A stretch of 64,000 nucleotides of DNA from Azolla caroliniana (lineage: Eukaryota; Plantae; Polypodiophyta), in NCBI GenBank assembly GCA_043228905.1, contig JBHGNT010000006.1:11408001-11472000 (forward strand), written 5' to 3'. The notes beneath the pieces were generated by a model. It had not been told where the DNA came from and did no database searches. It saw only the letters and a list, made by a program, of their open reading frames with translations. Shown piece by piece: positions 12,109-26,000 of the stretch (positions are counted from its first letter, which is position 1; every line of letters begins with the position of its first letter). A program made the translations under genes and the position numbers.

Positions 12109-14844
12109 GTCTATGGATATGGATACCTCGGAATGTGTCTATGGAATAGCTTGTAATTACTAGATTGTTTGCTTTGCTTTGGTGTACATAGATTTGTTTT
12201 CTCGGCCATTGTCTTACACAAGATGGGCTTGGGGAAAAAAGACTTTGTATGTTGTAGCTGTTGTGACCTTTTTTTATATAACTAAGGGAATGATATTTTG
12301 TTTTGACAAAAACATGTTTTTGTGTGACTGGCTTTCGAATGTACTCCAGTTCAACAATGGTAGTTCGAATCACACACTTTTCCATGATTCAGAAGATTGA
12401 GATAGGAAACATCCTAGTACTTCATGATTTCTTTGGAATTTATTGTCTATGGATATAGATAGCTTGGAATGTGTCTATGGAATAGCTTGTAATTACTAGA
12501 TTATTTTCTTTACTTTGGAGTACATAGATTTGTTTCCTCGGCCATTGTCTTACACAAGACGGGCTTGGGGAAAAAAGACTTTGTATGTTGTAGCTGTTGT
12601 GACCTTTTTTTATATAACTAACGGAATGATATTTTGTTTTGAAAAAAACATGTTTGTGTGTGACTGGCTTTCGAATGTACTCCAGTTCAACCACAGATCG
12701 ACTGAGAATATGTTCATCCTCGGATGTCTCATCCAATCTAAGAATACAAGAATGAAACCGAAAATATAAATATTCCGTCCTCGGATGTCTCATCCAATCT
12801 GAGAATACAAGAATGTTAACTTCCATTTTAGTAGTTCAAATAGAAGGTAACTAAACACCATGGGTTGTTGTCATTGTGGGGTTGCTGAGTCATTACTTTT
12901 CAAAAATATGAATGTGAATAAGTCACTTTGTTTTGTGACTTATTCAATATCAGAAACTTATTAGCAAATATGTCAGTTAGATAGTTGAATTATATCCATT
13001 ATGAGGTTAAATTTCATATAACGTAATCTTTTGCATCTTCTATTTCTTATGAACAATTTCCCATTGTTAAATCGAATGGAAAAAGAAAAAACTACCCTTA
13101 TAACTTTTGTTGGAAATATTGAGAATCGATTAGATAGGGGTATATAGTTACAACCACAGAGGTGGATATATGAAAAAAAAACCTCTATTACATATGAGAG
13201 TAGTTCACAATGGTAGTTCACCTATGCGATCACACCTTGGAGCTTAGATGGGATCTGGACTAGCGCACTACAAAATTAGTAGGGACTGATGAACAGTACA
13301 ACCACTGTGTAAGAAAGTGGATTATATTCTATCAACATACATATATGTATTACTTATGGTTTTTACAAAGAGGTAGGCTATATATACATATATGTTTATG
13401 TGCATGATTTATGTATATACATTTATATGTGTGTGTGCGTTGTACATCCATAGTGTAATTTGAAATGTACATCTTATGTATAAGTACTTAGGTGCATACA
13501 TGTATCTATAAATATGGATGTCACTAACGTGGACTAGTAGTGTTGATTTGTCACCATCTCAATCAATCTCAAGTTCAAGTGGTCTATTTTAGTATCTACT
13601 CATTATGGAAAGTACTTCCTTTTTTTAGGACATCAGTTTTGCCTTTGCAGATTGTAGAAACATATCCAGAAGTTCGGGGTAAAAAACTGCTAAGTAATTT
13701 CTTGGATCACAATGATATTCTTGCTATTTATGAAAATTACACTTCCATGAGTCTGACGATGCCAATAACGAAGACATATCATATAACATGCTTTGTAAGG
13801 CATAAATTCAGGTGATACAAGTGCTTCTTCATGCTTCCAAAGGTGAGACGAAGACATCAAACAAATTCAAGGATGGCAAAGAAAACCAACACCCTTCTAG
13901 TGTTGTAATTGAAGCATTGAAAGGTAACTATATTTGCCTCCCATCTCTTTTGAAGTCTCTTTATTTATTTATATTTACACATCTCGTGATACGTCAAGAT
14001 GTTTAGTAGTTTGTATACACATATAATGACTAGGAAGATATGTCATGAGACATCAACAATCAAGTATTAGCACATCCTGCGATATGTTAGGGTGTTTCTT
14101 TATTTATAGTGTTGATTAAGGACGAGGAAAATGAAATTCATGCCAAGCTAAGCCTTTGAAACGTCTCCTTTGAAGCGAAGTGGTGATCATTTAGGTTAAA
14201 TCTTTTATGTCTCAACCAATTATTAAGTGTTGGAACATCTAGTGGTACGTTAGGGTGGTAAGACGGCTTTTGTGTCATGATACACATTTAAACATTCAAA
14301 AATAAAATATTAAAGACGTCTTCTGATATGTGAGGGTGTTTCATTTTATTCGGAACGTTTATGAAGCACAAAGAAGAATGAGAAAGGAACATTTTTGAGA
14401 TTATTGGCTATCAAATATATACATCAAGAGCAATGGTGAAGATGCATATTAATGTAAGGCTCGTTCATGAAGTGCATCGGAATTATGGGAAGGAAGATGT
14501 AGGTCAGGTGATGGAGGCACAATCTTCCCTCCATCACCCCTGCATATATAAACATCATGTAAAACTATGGGCTCATTATTGTGTTAAACATGCTTTCCAT
14601 TATGTTATTGTTAATCAAGTACTTAAGTACTCAAGTGTAATTTAACAATGGGCCGGCTGCCTGAAAGTCCAGCTGCCCTCAGTTACTAAGTGGACATATC
14701 AACATACATATATGTGTTACTTCAGGTTTCTACCGAAAGGTAGGCTATGTCAAAGAAAAAGAAGCAACTTGGCTGGAGTACTAAGCTTGAAGATTTGTTC
14801 AGTCTGAAATGGATGTTGAAGTCTTTTGAAGATATGCTTTATTA

Positions 14845-15270
14845 TAATCTAGTGTTGTCGACCGGGATTGTGCATAAATCTTCTTACGACTCCTACCGCA
14901 TGCACTATGTCTGGTCGTGTCGCAACCATAGTGTAAATCAAAGAGCCAACATCCGGTGCATACGGTACCGACTTCATGTGATCCCCCTCCGAACTGGATG
15001 CCGAGCAGTCTCTCTGAGACAACCGAAAGTTGGTAGGTAGCGGGGTCGAAGTAGATCGCACAAATTGCATGTTGAATCGCTCCAAAATCCATCAAATGTA
15101 GTTGGCCTGAGATAGAAACAACTGTTTCTATGAAAATGCCATGTGATCTTCATCCTGAGAATATGATATGCAGGACCCGAGTCCTTCATGGTGAATTTCA
15201 ACCACAATTGCCGAATTAATTCTGGAGGCTCTTTGGCATTTCGGCCAAAGGGTAGCATATCCTCCACATA
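14845..15270 (-). pseudogene. Copia reverse transcriptase fragment
   Basis: MKDSGPAYHILRMKI and VPYAPDVGSLIYTMVATRPDIVHAVGVV motifs, frameshifted. Confidence 0.8.
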
Positions 15271-15286
15271 GAAGATGAGGAAGATG

Positions 15287-15586
15287 TGTCACATTTTAGA
15301 CTCGAACCTCTGACTTTTAACACACACAATACATTGTGTTGTGATAACCATATGGAAACCCTTGTGAACTGTCTACATTCGATTGTGAACTTGTATATAT
15401 TGTAGAGTCTAGTGTATAGTACATTCGAGAATATTCTAGTCATTTGTATATTTTAGAATTTTTCTATGGTATATTCTAAACGGGTATTTTCTCGAGTATA
15501 TTCTAGAGATATTTAATCTCGGAAATTGTATAAATACTTGTAACATCCTTGGTCCCTTTCAAGGGATTCAACACCAGTCATTGACA
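15287..15586 (+). repeat. Putative solo LTR
   Basis: TGTCA...TGACA termini and an internal TATA (tgtataaata); interrupts Copia RT remnants; no clear TSD. Confidence 0.4.
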
Positions 15587-15849
15587 CATCAGTATAGTAT
15601 TCTCATTTCGCCCCATCTTGTCTCCTTCTTCATCTCTATCTTCATGCTCGTGTGTCATTGCCAACTTCTGAAGTTCCATGTTCTTAGCCCCATCATCCGT
15701 GCTTCTTCCTAGTCCGCGCTTGTTGTGTCCGTGACAAGATGAGTGATCCATCTCAAGCATCCTTTCAATACAGGCAACGGTCCTCATCACTCTGAGAAAA
15801 TCCGATCGACTGTATAAAGTCATCGAATTCTCGATATCATTGCCTCGGT

Positions 15850-16620
15850 GCCTACTTGAGTCTACAAAGACTCTTCCTGAATCGACTGACTAGATGTTCT
15901 TGTCCGGGTGACGCGAAGTGGAATTCATCCAAGAAAGCACATTTAATTGCAAGAGGATTTACAACCAAGTCCGCGGAATTGATTATAACGATATCTTTCC
16001 ACTAACTTTGAAGATGGTTTGATGCACTTAATGTTTAGCATCACAGCAAGCCTCAATCTCGAACTTCATCATATTGACATCGAGACTGCCTTCTTGCATT
16101 GAGACCTTGACGAAGAAATATAAATGGAACAACCTCCATAATTTGTAAGCTCAAAAAATCCTCATTATGTTTGATAAAATTCATTGTATGGATTAAACAA
16201 CCATCCCGAATGTAGCACCACAACGTTCATAGCTATCTTGAAGCTATTGGATTTAGATACCTTCAAGTTGAGCCAACTTTATACATTCGGAAGGAACACA
16301 CCAATTTTGTTATCATTGGCATATATATAGATTATTTGCCCAGTGCCTCAAACACCACCAAATCCATGCAACAAGGTATCACTTAACAAAAAGAGAAGTT
16401 CCTAATGAAGGAACTTGGACCAATGGAACATTTCCCAGGCATCAAAGTCACACGAAACAAAATAAAGGGTACACAAACACACACACACACACTCTCTCTC
16501 TCAAAAGAACTTGGTAGAAGAAATTCTCTTGAAATTTAAGATGATAGATTGCAAACCTATCTGCACACCAATTACTATACCTTGTAAATTATCCACAAAT
16601 GATAGTCCCATATCAATCAA
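15850..16620 (+). pseudogene. Highly decayed Copia RT
   Basis: Recognisable KAHLIARGF, GIDYNDIF, DIETAFLH*DLDEEI*MEQP and MKELGPMEHF remnants. Confidence 0.7.
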
Positions 16621-16639
16621 ATGGCTTCACTTCCTTATC

Positions 16640-18650
16640 AAAAAATACTTGAGAGTGTGAGGTACCTCCTGATCTAAATCTCGAATGGTTTTCACTTTAG
16701 TAGGTGCAACAATTGCTTGGCGATAGTACTTTAAATTCCAACAACAATACTTAGTAGCAATGAAGGTAATTGATGGATGTGAACTTCCCCCAAGTGTTGT
16801 GATAGAGTGCACATTATTTGGAAGTATGAGTCAACGAGACTCTTGGCATTTAAATATCTTTTGTCCGAATTTCTAGTCCTCACACACCAATCAACTCGGG
16901 TTACCCTTGCTTGTCTTCTTGATCTTTCCCATTCCCTACTTTTACTATTGCAATCCCAGTTCATATCTCTTGAAACCAAGATCCTAGTATTATTTATGAT
17001 CATGTTTCTTGAGTCCATGTTTCTCCTACTTCTACATTGATGACTCTAGTTTGTGTCTCTTCAAGTACAAATCCTAGTTTTTGTTATCATATTTCATCTC
17101 CAAATATTACTCCTTGCATATTCATGATTCTTTAGCTCATGTTTGTTCTCATGTTCTTGAGCCTAATCCTTGGGTTATTCCTTATTCTTGTTCAAACTCT
17201 ACTAAGTTTTTAGATGCCAAACGCCTCTAGTTTCAAACCTCTACTTGTTTCTCTAGCTTCAAGATGTTTTAATCTAATTCCATCACACGTCTACAAAATA
17301 TAGTTACAAGAATTCATATGACCTCATAACGAGGATGCACAAACAATCTTTACTATTCAACTATTATACCTTGTCACGTCCAATGAGAAGACAACTCCAA
17401 ATTTTCTAGAGAGATACCAAGATTTTGATAATGTATTTGACAAGGTTATGGGCATTCACCTACAAGAACATTGATCTTCTGATTTCTTAATAGATCTACA
17501 ACTAAGTAATACACCTCCATTTGGACTTGTACAAGATTTATCACCTTAGATGTATAGAACTTGAACCACTTCGCACTTACATAGAGGAATTGTGAACATT
17601 TAGCCTTTGAGTTTATAAGACATTGTCAATCACCAAACCTTCTTTATAAAGCAAACATATAATAAAATATAATACTTTATGATTGGTGGTTGAATATTGA
17701 GGCCCCAATAAAATCATAGTTTGAAATGGATATTATCGATCACTTATCCCAAAGAAGTAAGAACATTCCAAAGAACCAAATACTTTAGTAAGGTGCATAT
17801 TTGAAGTGCATACAATATCATTTGTATCAACAGAGACAAATGTCATTTGGCCTAATCAATGCTCCAACAATCTTTTGGCATATTCTGAATGATCTTTTTT
17901 GAGAATTTTTGGATCTCTTTGTTATCATCTAATAAACTCCAATGACCAAGGTCAAATATCCAATACATGACGAGGAGTTGTTGGTATACAATTATGGATT
18001 TCTCAAGTCACCATAATTTGGAATTTTCCAATCAGCTAGGGTTCTAAATTGAGACCAAGCTTATTGCTACTTGCGAATTCATAAGTCAATTTTGTAACCA
18101 AATTCTGAACAAGACATCTACGGGAACATTCAAATGCATTTTCATGAGTCTCTTACTTGGTACCAAAAGAAGGGGAGGTTTTTTTATACCAAAAATCACA
18201 AATTGTTCTTGGTTTTTAACACTTAAGACTTGTAACCATGACCTTTTTTCAGCACCCAAAAACACAGCTTTTATAGGTACAATTCAAAGCTTACTAGATA
18301 CAAATATAATGGCACAAAATGTCACTAAGAATTTGACTTCATGAAAACCACCACCATCCACATTCAGTAGACATGACTATGACACCTTTGATTGGTTATT
18401 ATATTGGCATGGCTTATTGTTTATTCCTCATGGTACACATTATCTTGAAGTTCTCCATGTTTGTCATGATTTCCCTATGGTTGGACATTTAGGAATGTTC
18501 AAAACAATTGAACTGATAAGCAGGAACTATTGATGGCTTTCGTTAACTCATGTGATACTTATTCTCGGTCAAAAGATCCTCAACAACTACCACATGGTTT
18601 ACATTATCCATTATTAGTACTTGATGGGCCTCAAAAAAGCATCTTCATCG
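16640..18650 (+). pseudogene. Highly decayed Gypsy (Tcn1-like) pol relic
   Basis: Remnants such as IDLQ..TPPFGLV, FGLINAPTIF and HDFPMVGHLGMFKTIELISRNY, similar to the element at 30321-35511. Confidence 0.6.
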
Positions 18651-18718
18651 AATCATCTCAGTTCATTACCAGTCATGAGCCCAACCAGACATCTTCTTGT
18701 AATATTGTTTATGCTAGG

Positions 18719-19194
18719 TATGGGCCTAATAAGAGATAGATGACGCGATTCATGTGAGGTCTACAAAACCTCAACGGATTTTGGGGAGAACCAGCAATTT
18801 CGGTTTGGTTGAGTTTCTTGACCGTAAAACCAAACCGAACTTCATAAAACTATTTATACAAAACAATTTAAAACCAAACCAAACCATTTAAGGAAATGTG
18901 AGAAACCAAACCGAACCATTTAATCACCTAAATCAAACCATTTAAGTCAAATTAATTAAATTTTTTAAAAATCTATTAAACCAAAAAAACAATATGCAAA
19001 AAACTATAATTAAATCCATCAAACCATTAAACCATTAGAGAAACAAAAAAATTTAAGTAAAAAACCATTAAACTAGGCTACTTAAACCAAGCCATTTAAT
19101 AATAATTGAAACGAATCGAAATTGTTAATTATTTTCAAACCGATAAACCATGGCTTAACAATTTTGTTTGGTTTGTGCCAAACCCAGGCCCATA
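18719..19194. mobile_element. Possible non-autonomous DNA transposon with AAACC(A/G) subterminal repeats
   Basis: 9-bp inverted ends TATGGGCCT/AGGCCCATA and many aaaccaaacc/aaccgaac motifs; no convincing TSD. Confidence 0.4.
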
Positions 19195-19218
19195 GCTTGT
19201 ATGCGGAAAAAAAAAAAT

Positions 19219-19520
19219 CTTATTCCTTGATTCCTTGAGTATACTCATGTCTCATTTAAGTTCAACTAGGCATGGGCCCTCTATATGCTAGTTCTTGCTT
19301 CATCCGGTTCATCATCTTCTTGTAATATAACATTTATATGAAATACAACTTATTCCTTAAATCCTTGAGTATACTCTTGCCTCATTTAACTTCAACTAGT
19401 CACCAGCCCTCTCTATATGACATCTCTTGGTTCATCCGGTTCATCATCTTCTTGTAACATCACATTTATATTAAATACAACTTATTCATTGATTCCTTGA
19501 GTATACTCTTGCCTCCTTAA
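19219..19520. repeat. ~130-bp tandem repeat, about 2.3 copies
   Basis: cttattcctt.a.tccttgagtatactc starts at ~19219, ~19349 and ~19481. Confidence 0.8.
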
Positions 19521-20039
19521 AAATCACTTAAAGTTATCCGATTAACATAATCAAGTCAATTCATGACAATGGCACACAACCCTCAAGTGTATTGGTTTGG
19601 CTTGCTCCATCAGATTTAGCCACCCTCATTGTCGGCTTGCTTTGGATGTTGCACTCGGTTTTTGTTTAAATTGTCATCCTTGTTGACATGCCACCATTCG
19701 ATGCCGCTCCCGTCTGTGTTTTGGTCCTCCTTGTCGACACGCAATTATGCCAAACCCCTTTCATACCTGATTTTGAATTGGTCTTTCCTCCAATATTAAT
19801 ATCTGCCCTTATTTCCACTAGCTCGCATTGCCATTCTTGTGTTGGCTTTTGTTGTTCTATGGCAACTTACATTCGGTACATGTTTTCCGTTCTCTCTCCC
19901 ATTTCACTTGAATCTATTTCGATGGTTGGACTTGTCCCTCCCTCCGCATTGCCGATGTCTGCTTGTCCCCAACCTTGTTTGCAAGTCGGGGCTTAATCAT
20001 CGCACCAGCAATGGGCCATTACTCCCAACAAAGTAAAAG

Positions 20040-20226
20040 AACTCGTTAGGGCCTTGTCCTTATGACTTTAGCATTGTCCTCAACCCGTTGCAAGAGCTAC
20101 ATCTACAATTCTAAATCTCCTACCATCCTATTTGTCCAATAGAACCTTGCAGGCTCACTAACTATTAGGGCTTGAACCGACTAACCTTTCAAAATCAGTA
20201 CAAGCTTTGCCACCGCACCGGTCTGC
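20040..20226 (-). mobile_element. Candidate tRNA-derived SINE
   Basis: Minus-strand A-box-like CGGTGCGGTGG (20220-20210) and B-box GGTTCAAGCCC (20178-20168) at tRNA-like spacing; no cloverleaf; 3' boundary uncertain. Confidence 0.4.
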
Positions 20227-21371
20227 AAAACTTCTTGGTCGCCTTCGGAATGGATACGTATAATAAATAATCTTTTCCAAATTTGACCTCTGTGGGGCTT
20301 ATCATTTTGGCTCGTTTCAAGCTCCGACGATGAATTGAAGATGGCCTTCCAAACATACTAAGTATGTATACAATGAATGATGCCGTTCGAACTCACAAAT
20401 CGTCTAATTGTTTTTCAGCACATGATACATAACATCTCCAAGGAATAAATGAACCAATTCATCACTATCTAGATGACATCTTGGTTTTTCTACAGGAATT
20501 TGACAAAACACACCAATCACGTCCTCCTCATCCTCACCCACCTCTAAGAGCATGGGCTTCATTGCCAAATTAGAGAAGTACAAGAAGTCTGCAAACTAGG
20601 CCATGAGGAATCCCATAAAGCATGGCATTTCCAGCTCTCTGAATGGATTGTGTTATTCTTATTCTTATTGTTATTCTTATTGCTATTGTGTTGTTCTCTC
20701 TGAATGACATCATATTATTGTCATTTATACACTACCTGAAAAATGTGGAAGAACCAACACAAAATTCCAGCTTGGGCCTTTGGGAAGACCCAAGGGACAG
20801 CGGTCTTCGAAACCTTGTCATAGAAAATCCCGAAGCAAATAAACTTCCAAATAAATCTACACTCTAGTCTCTAGACATATAGGAGATCTCTCTATCTCTT
20901 CATGCTACCTCAAACTAGCTATCTCCTATTCTACCCCCCATGATAAAGTGTGGTGCAAGCCAATGTGGACCACCAATGTAGGGTTCGAAGAGTGAGACTT
21001 TGGTAGCGGGAGGACCCTGCAATGCCATGAACAAGGTCACCAATAGCCTCCTACAAGTAGCCCGTGTCCCATTTTCATGGCCAACTCCAAGCAGCGTATC
21101 TTGTTGATTATTCAATGGTTACTATGCAGCCCTTCAACCCAGTGTACCATCTGTTAGAATTTCAGCAACTCTCTTCACAGCTCACTATCGGTTGATATAA
21201 CAATGCAGTCTTCCAACATGAGTGTTTGTCACATCCATGCAAAAGCTTATAAATTAACAAAAAAGTTATTTAAAATCACCTATACTTCACCATGCAATTT
21301 GATATCATAAACATGGATGTTCATGAAGACATTATCTAAGTGCCACCCCAACGGCTAGCTAGCCCCATCTT

Positions 21372-21540
21372 GAGGGGGAGTGTTGAGATATGTATACTCT
21401 CGAGAATAAATGAACGGAGAATGTTCATTTTGCAATTCATCATGGCTATCCACATAAGATGTTATTATACTCACTTACAAACTATACGAGATCATACCAT
21501 TACTCATTATTCTCAAGATGATGCATGTAGAGATGTCTGA
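21372..21540 (+). mobile_element. PPT and start of a decayed LTR
   Basis: Copia-type cttGAGGGGGAG immediately followed by TGTTGAG at 21381; end of LTR not defined. Confidence 0.55.
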
Positions 21541-21971
21541 AATATCATTTATGATCACTTTAATTCACGAAAAAAAATATACAATGATTGTCAGTGTTTC
21601 CAAGAAAATCTCAAATTATCCATTCTAATGAAAGGAGAGAGACCACAATTTACTTAGTGCACCATGGGCACATGCAAACATTAAACGTATGGACAGATAG
21701 AAACTATTAACAGATTTCAATGCTCCACTTTATATAGAATAATATGTAGAAACTGCAGCAACATTGTTATTTTATAGGAAGCATTCTACCTCTTATCGAG
21801 CTCCCATGTCTCTTGTTTCCAACAAAATATATACATATCACATACAAGGACTCAATCAGAGTATTACGTTGGCTGGCACATACGAAAAAATATGCACTTC
21901 ACAAAAATAACCCCAGAGGAACCCAATTTCAACACAATCGCAGAAGTGATCCTAACTTCAGATAGATCACT

Positions 21972-24900
21972 TCACAGGTCCCCTTTCCTTGTGTTTGGGA
22001 TAGGACGGCTATTGCTTATGGCCTTGAAATCCACAAGACCCTCAAACAGCCTCCCCTTCGCACAAGATTCTTCTTCAAATGACGCAGTTTTCTTTATCTG
22101 AGAACCAGATAAAGATGACGATGTGTGTCTATTGTAACCCTCTAGGGTTTGCTCTTTTTCTCTCTTTTCCAGAGCACTTGGAGATAGGCTAAAAGTTTGG
22201 CGTTTATGATTTGCTTGTCTTCTTTCTTCAAAAAATCGTTCTCTTTCCGTATGGCGTATCGGAGGGGGTGGAAGGCTAGGATCTTTAGTGCTAGCAGTTT
22301 TATCACTTATATGAGCCTCCCCATCAATCAGCACCGAGTATTGAGCAGTGGGTGGTATCGATTTTTGCATCAAGCTTGGTGAATAGTATTGTGGTGATGC
22401 ACTATCCATCATAAAAATATCAGAGATGTACTGCGAAGATGAAGACGACGACGATGATGTGCTTGGCATAGCCTCCATAGGAGATACTGCTTTATCATCA
22501 TCATAATTGACATGATCTATCACATAATTTCTACTTATATTCAAATTTTTCATAGACAACACTGGAGGGAGTGTGTGTTCAGCAATTAGCTTCTGGCCCT
22601 TGTTATAAGCCAGATTTCCTCCAGATTTTGATCTTGATCTGCATAATATTTTATTCATACAAACATCTTAGAAAAGAAAAGACGGCGTTGAAAAGTCTGT
22701 TGCATCTTTGAACCGCTTTTCTACAGTTACCTGTGAGCCAGCTGGCAGTGATCAATTGTTTCATCATCATTATCAATCGTAATGGATATGGATCTCATTG
22801 TGTGCTCATCTATTTGGAAATTCGGTGTGATAGCATCATACTTTTGTAATGCTTGCTGAACATCATCATTCACAGAAAGAATCTGGAACAGTAAGGTTTC
22901 ATCCCTGAAGAAGAAGAGAATAAAGATAAATGAGCACGAGAGATATGAGTTCCAGTTTGAAGCTGGCGAACAAGTATTTGAGCGTTACGTAGTAGAATTT
23001 GCAAGCTGTTGTATACTCCTCTGATCAATCCGACATTGCTCAACAAGTTGCACTATCAAGTCATCTCGAAATGCCTACAGAAGCCATCATGAGAATATCA
23101 CCTAAAGGGTTAAAAAAATCTTGTATACCATAATGACATCTAGAAAGTATTAAAAACATTATAATGCCATCCAAAAATAGCAAAAAATATGTCACTTACT
23201 GCCATTTATAGGTACCAAAGAAACCATGATGCAATATAACAATACCCAAAACAACATTTACTCGCCACCATCAAACCATCTACAAGTACTAAAATATCAT
23301 TGAAAGTTGAAACCATAATGCCATCTAAAAGTACTTAGAAAATCATGTACATTATAATGCCACAAATAAGTGTAAAAAGACCATTTAGACCAGAATGCCA
23401 TTAAAAGAACTCAGAACACCATGTACTATGCCATCCCATAGTTCTACAAAACCATGAACTATGCCATCTAGGACTACTCAAAACAATGTCCAACATCATC
23501 TAAAAGTACTTAACTCCATGAGTTATGCCATCTTAGAGTACGATTTAAAAAACTATGCATTCACAAATGTCATATCATAAGTAGCACAAGCACGTCATTC
23601 CAGAATCTAACATTTACCTGTTTATCAGAAGGCTCTAATGCGTTGAGCATTTCATTCAGAACCTCCAGTTTTCCACGGATACCATTCACATCTCTAGCAC
23701 AGGCAACAGAACATAAGATTCCTTTGGTTGATGACACAAGTAAGTGACAGTAGAGAGTTTAGGGTGTGTCATAGTTTACTGCCAGATCGGATCCTCGACT
23801 GTTGTGCCCACCATTACAGGAGGTGTAAAATTTGAAATAGTACTTTCCAAATTCCGTTCAGGAAATGCTATACCAAACCGCTGTTTTAAAAAGACAACAA
23901 AAATAACATTGACGCACATTGAGCTTTTCTAGAATTCATAGTAAGTATGTTAAGCATTGATGTGTTGGAATAATCATTGTTGGAACATTGATGTGTTGGA
24001 ATAATCATTAGTTTCCAACAATCAATGGATTTGAAGATCATATTCCACCCACACAATCTATTTTACGTGTACAAAGTTTGGAATTTAAAGTGTACACATT
24101 CAGGGTGTAAATATCATTTGATAATAATGCATGTTTGTGAGAATATAGCTTACCCTGAGCTCATCACATGCCATGTAGAATTGTGGGTACTTTCCCGACA
24201 CCCCATCGAAGGCTTCTTGCCATGAATCCAAAAGCAGCAGAATTTTTTCTCGAACAGCCATGTCAGCCTAAGTGTTTTATTATTGTGTACAAATTTAGTA
24301 AAAGTAACAAATACAGAATGAACTAGCTACAAATATATCAATAATTCATCCAGCAAAATTACTGCTTACCTTCTTCTTCACAGTTTTAACCATATCCTGA
24401 ACAATACCCTTCTCTGCAACAGCCTCGTGTACTACTTCCCCACAGTTCTTCATAATCATCTCCAAAATCTAAGTTACCAAAGAGAATAAATCATGGAAAG
24501 TTCAAACTATACTCCAAAATGAAAATATATTTATCAATGTTATGTAGGGATAAGAATATTGCATGTACACATATTGTTATATTTTGTATCACCATTCCCT
24601 TCATTGTAGATAGTAATTTGATGGAAGAGTTAAGTTGAGTTCTTACTGTTAAAACCAGTAGTTGCACTTTACTGTTTTTATTTCCCATCCTCTTCTTTAT
24701 TGATTTCACGACATCACGTGCATATCTATAGAGCAAATTATCACGTTTCTGACATTATATGAGAGACGGACGATTTCTTAAAGTAAATGAAACTACGCTT
24801 TTCTTTACAAATGCTCTTTTGCAATCTATGTTTTTCTACCACCCGTTTAATATTCTTCTAAGATTCCCATTTTAGTTTCAATTTTCAAGTTACACTACAA

Positions 24901-25685
24901 CAAAACCCCACACGCATTACATGATTATACCAATATATATGTAACTCTGCAATTCCATAGAATGACATAAACCCCAAAATCTCGCTTTTTCCCTTAGATA
25001 TAAGGCATACCCATACTACATATGCTACATGGACTAGACAAAATCTTGCTTGCTTTTAACCCATATATACTATATGCACACTAATGTTGGATAGATCAAC
25101 TATTATAATTTCGAAATTGACCAGATAAAATATTGCTTTTGCCCTTAGATATACAATCATACACACATGGATGTATATAGATGATATATGCCACACACAC
25201 TGAAACATGCATGCCTCTACACATCACACACACGTGGATGTATGCATGTATCCAGCCATCACACACACACACACACACACGTGTGGGTATGTGGACATCA
25301 TAACATAGATACACATACAAATATACCTATACCAATATGCCTCTAATCGATCGGCATTCATGCAGAAAAAAATATGCCTACATGGGCACATAGACGGACA
25401 TATATACACAGAAATGTACCAATACAAACTCGTAAACATAGATGCATATGCAGACGTGGCTACACGTATATGTACATACGTTCACGTTTACTTCATTTAT
25501 GTACTAGCATGTGCATGTTGAGCATGAACTTACCCAGGGTTGCAATTGAGAAAGTCGCAGATGGTCAGATTCATCCCCAGGTCTGGAGCATTCAGAAGCT
25601 CACTGGTGGCTTTTTCTATGAGTCCTGGCATATCCAACAGCTTGGAAGATGGTATCTCTGCCTTCATCTTCTTCTTGAGCACCAT
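21972..25685 (-). CDS. TOL: TOM1-like (TOL) VHS-GAT domain ubiquitin-cargo adaptor, 9 exons, ~515 aa
   Basis: Exons 25685-25534, 24725-24647, 24468-24370, 24267-24154, 23880-23780, 23693-23618, 23074-22989, 22904-22731, 22638-21972; all introns GT-AG; total 1548 nt, in frame. VHS motifs IEKATSELL, KKRMGNKNSKVQLL, KNCGE, VREKILLLLDSWQEAF; GAT motifs LVEQCR, DETLLFQILSVNDD; C-terminal RLFEGLVD. The start codon could be a downstream ATG. Confidence 0.93.
23128..23545. repeat. Degenerate ~35-bp minisatellite in TOL intron 6
   Basis: Recurring (cc/tt)ataATGCCATCtaaaagtact-like units. Confidence 0.7.
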
Positions 25686-25880
25686 CACTCCGTTCTCTTT
25701 TCTTTTGTTTTCTTCGGATGGGAAATGGAGGTAGATATCAGAAACAGAGGGGAATTCCAGAAGGAGGAGGAGGAAGGCTGCTTGCTTCTTCACATTAAAG
25801 GAAAGCGCGGAGAGGAATCGGAAGGGGTCATTGAAAATTTGGAGCAAAAAAAGTAACAGGGTAGGGTAGGGTCGCTTCTG

Positions 25881-25881
<1 letters not shown>

Positions 25882-25911
<30 letters not shown>

Positions 25912-26000
25912 CTTCGTCCTGTCCTGTCCTGTCTTGTCTTCTACTCTTCTGTTTTCAAAACGGCTTTGATTTTCCACTCTCTCTCTCTCTCTCTTCTTTC
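25882..26000. repeat. Microsatellites (CTT)n, (GTCCT)n and (CT)n upstream of the TOL start
   Basis: Direct reading. Confidence 0.9.

Larger units (their letters stand above)
3230..14750. repeat. Mosaic of locally duplicated AT-rich blocks
   Basis: 3230-3480 ~ 5675-5930 ~ 13385-13635; 3490-4055 ~ 13830-14400 (partly 6655-7043); 4460-4820 ~ 10225-10590; 4870-5400 ~ 9225-9755; 5085-5940 ~ 12780-13645; 12087-12355 ~ 12423-12690. Confidence 0.9.

Noticed and set aside
23128-23545. CRISPR-like array
   Set aside because: Units are degenerate with no unique spacers, lie in a eukaryotic intron, and no cas genes are present.
25096-25520. Cys/Val-rich ORFs
   Set aside because: Translations of CA/TA-rich low-complexity sequence in TOL intron 1.
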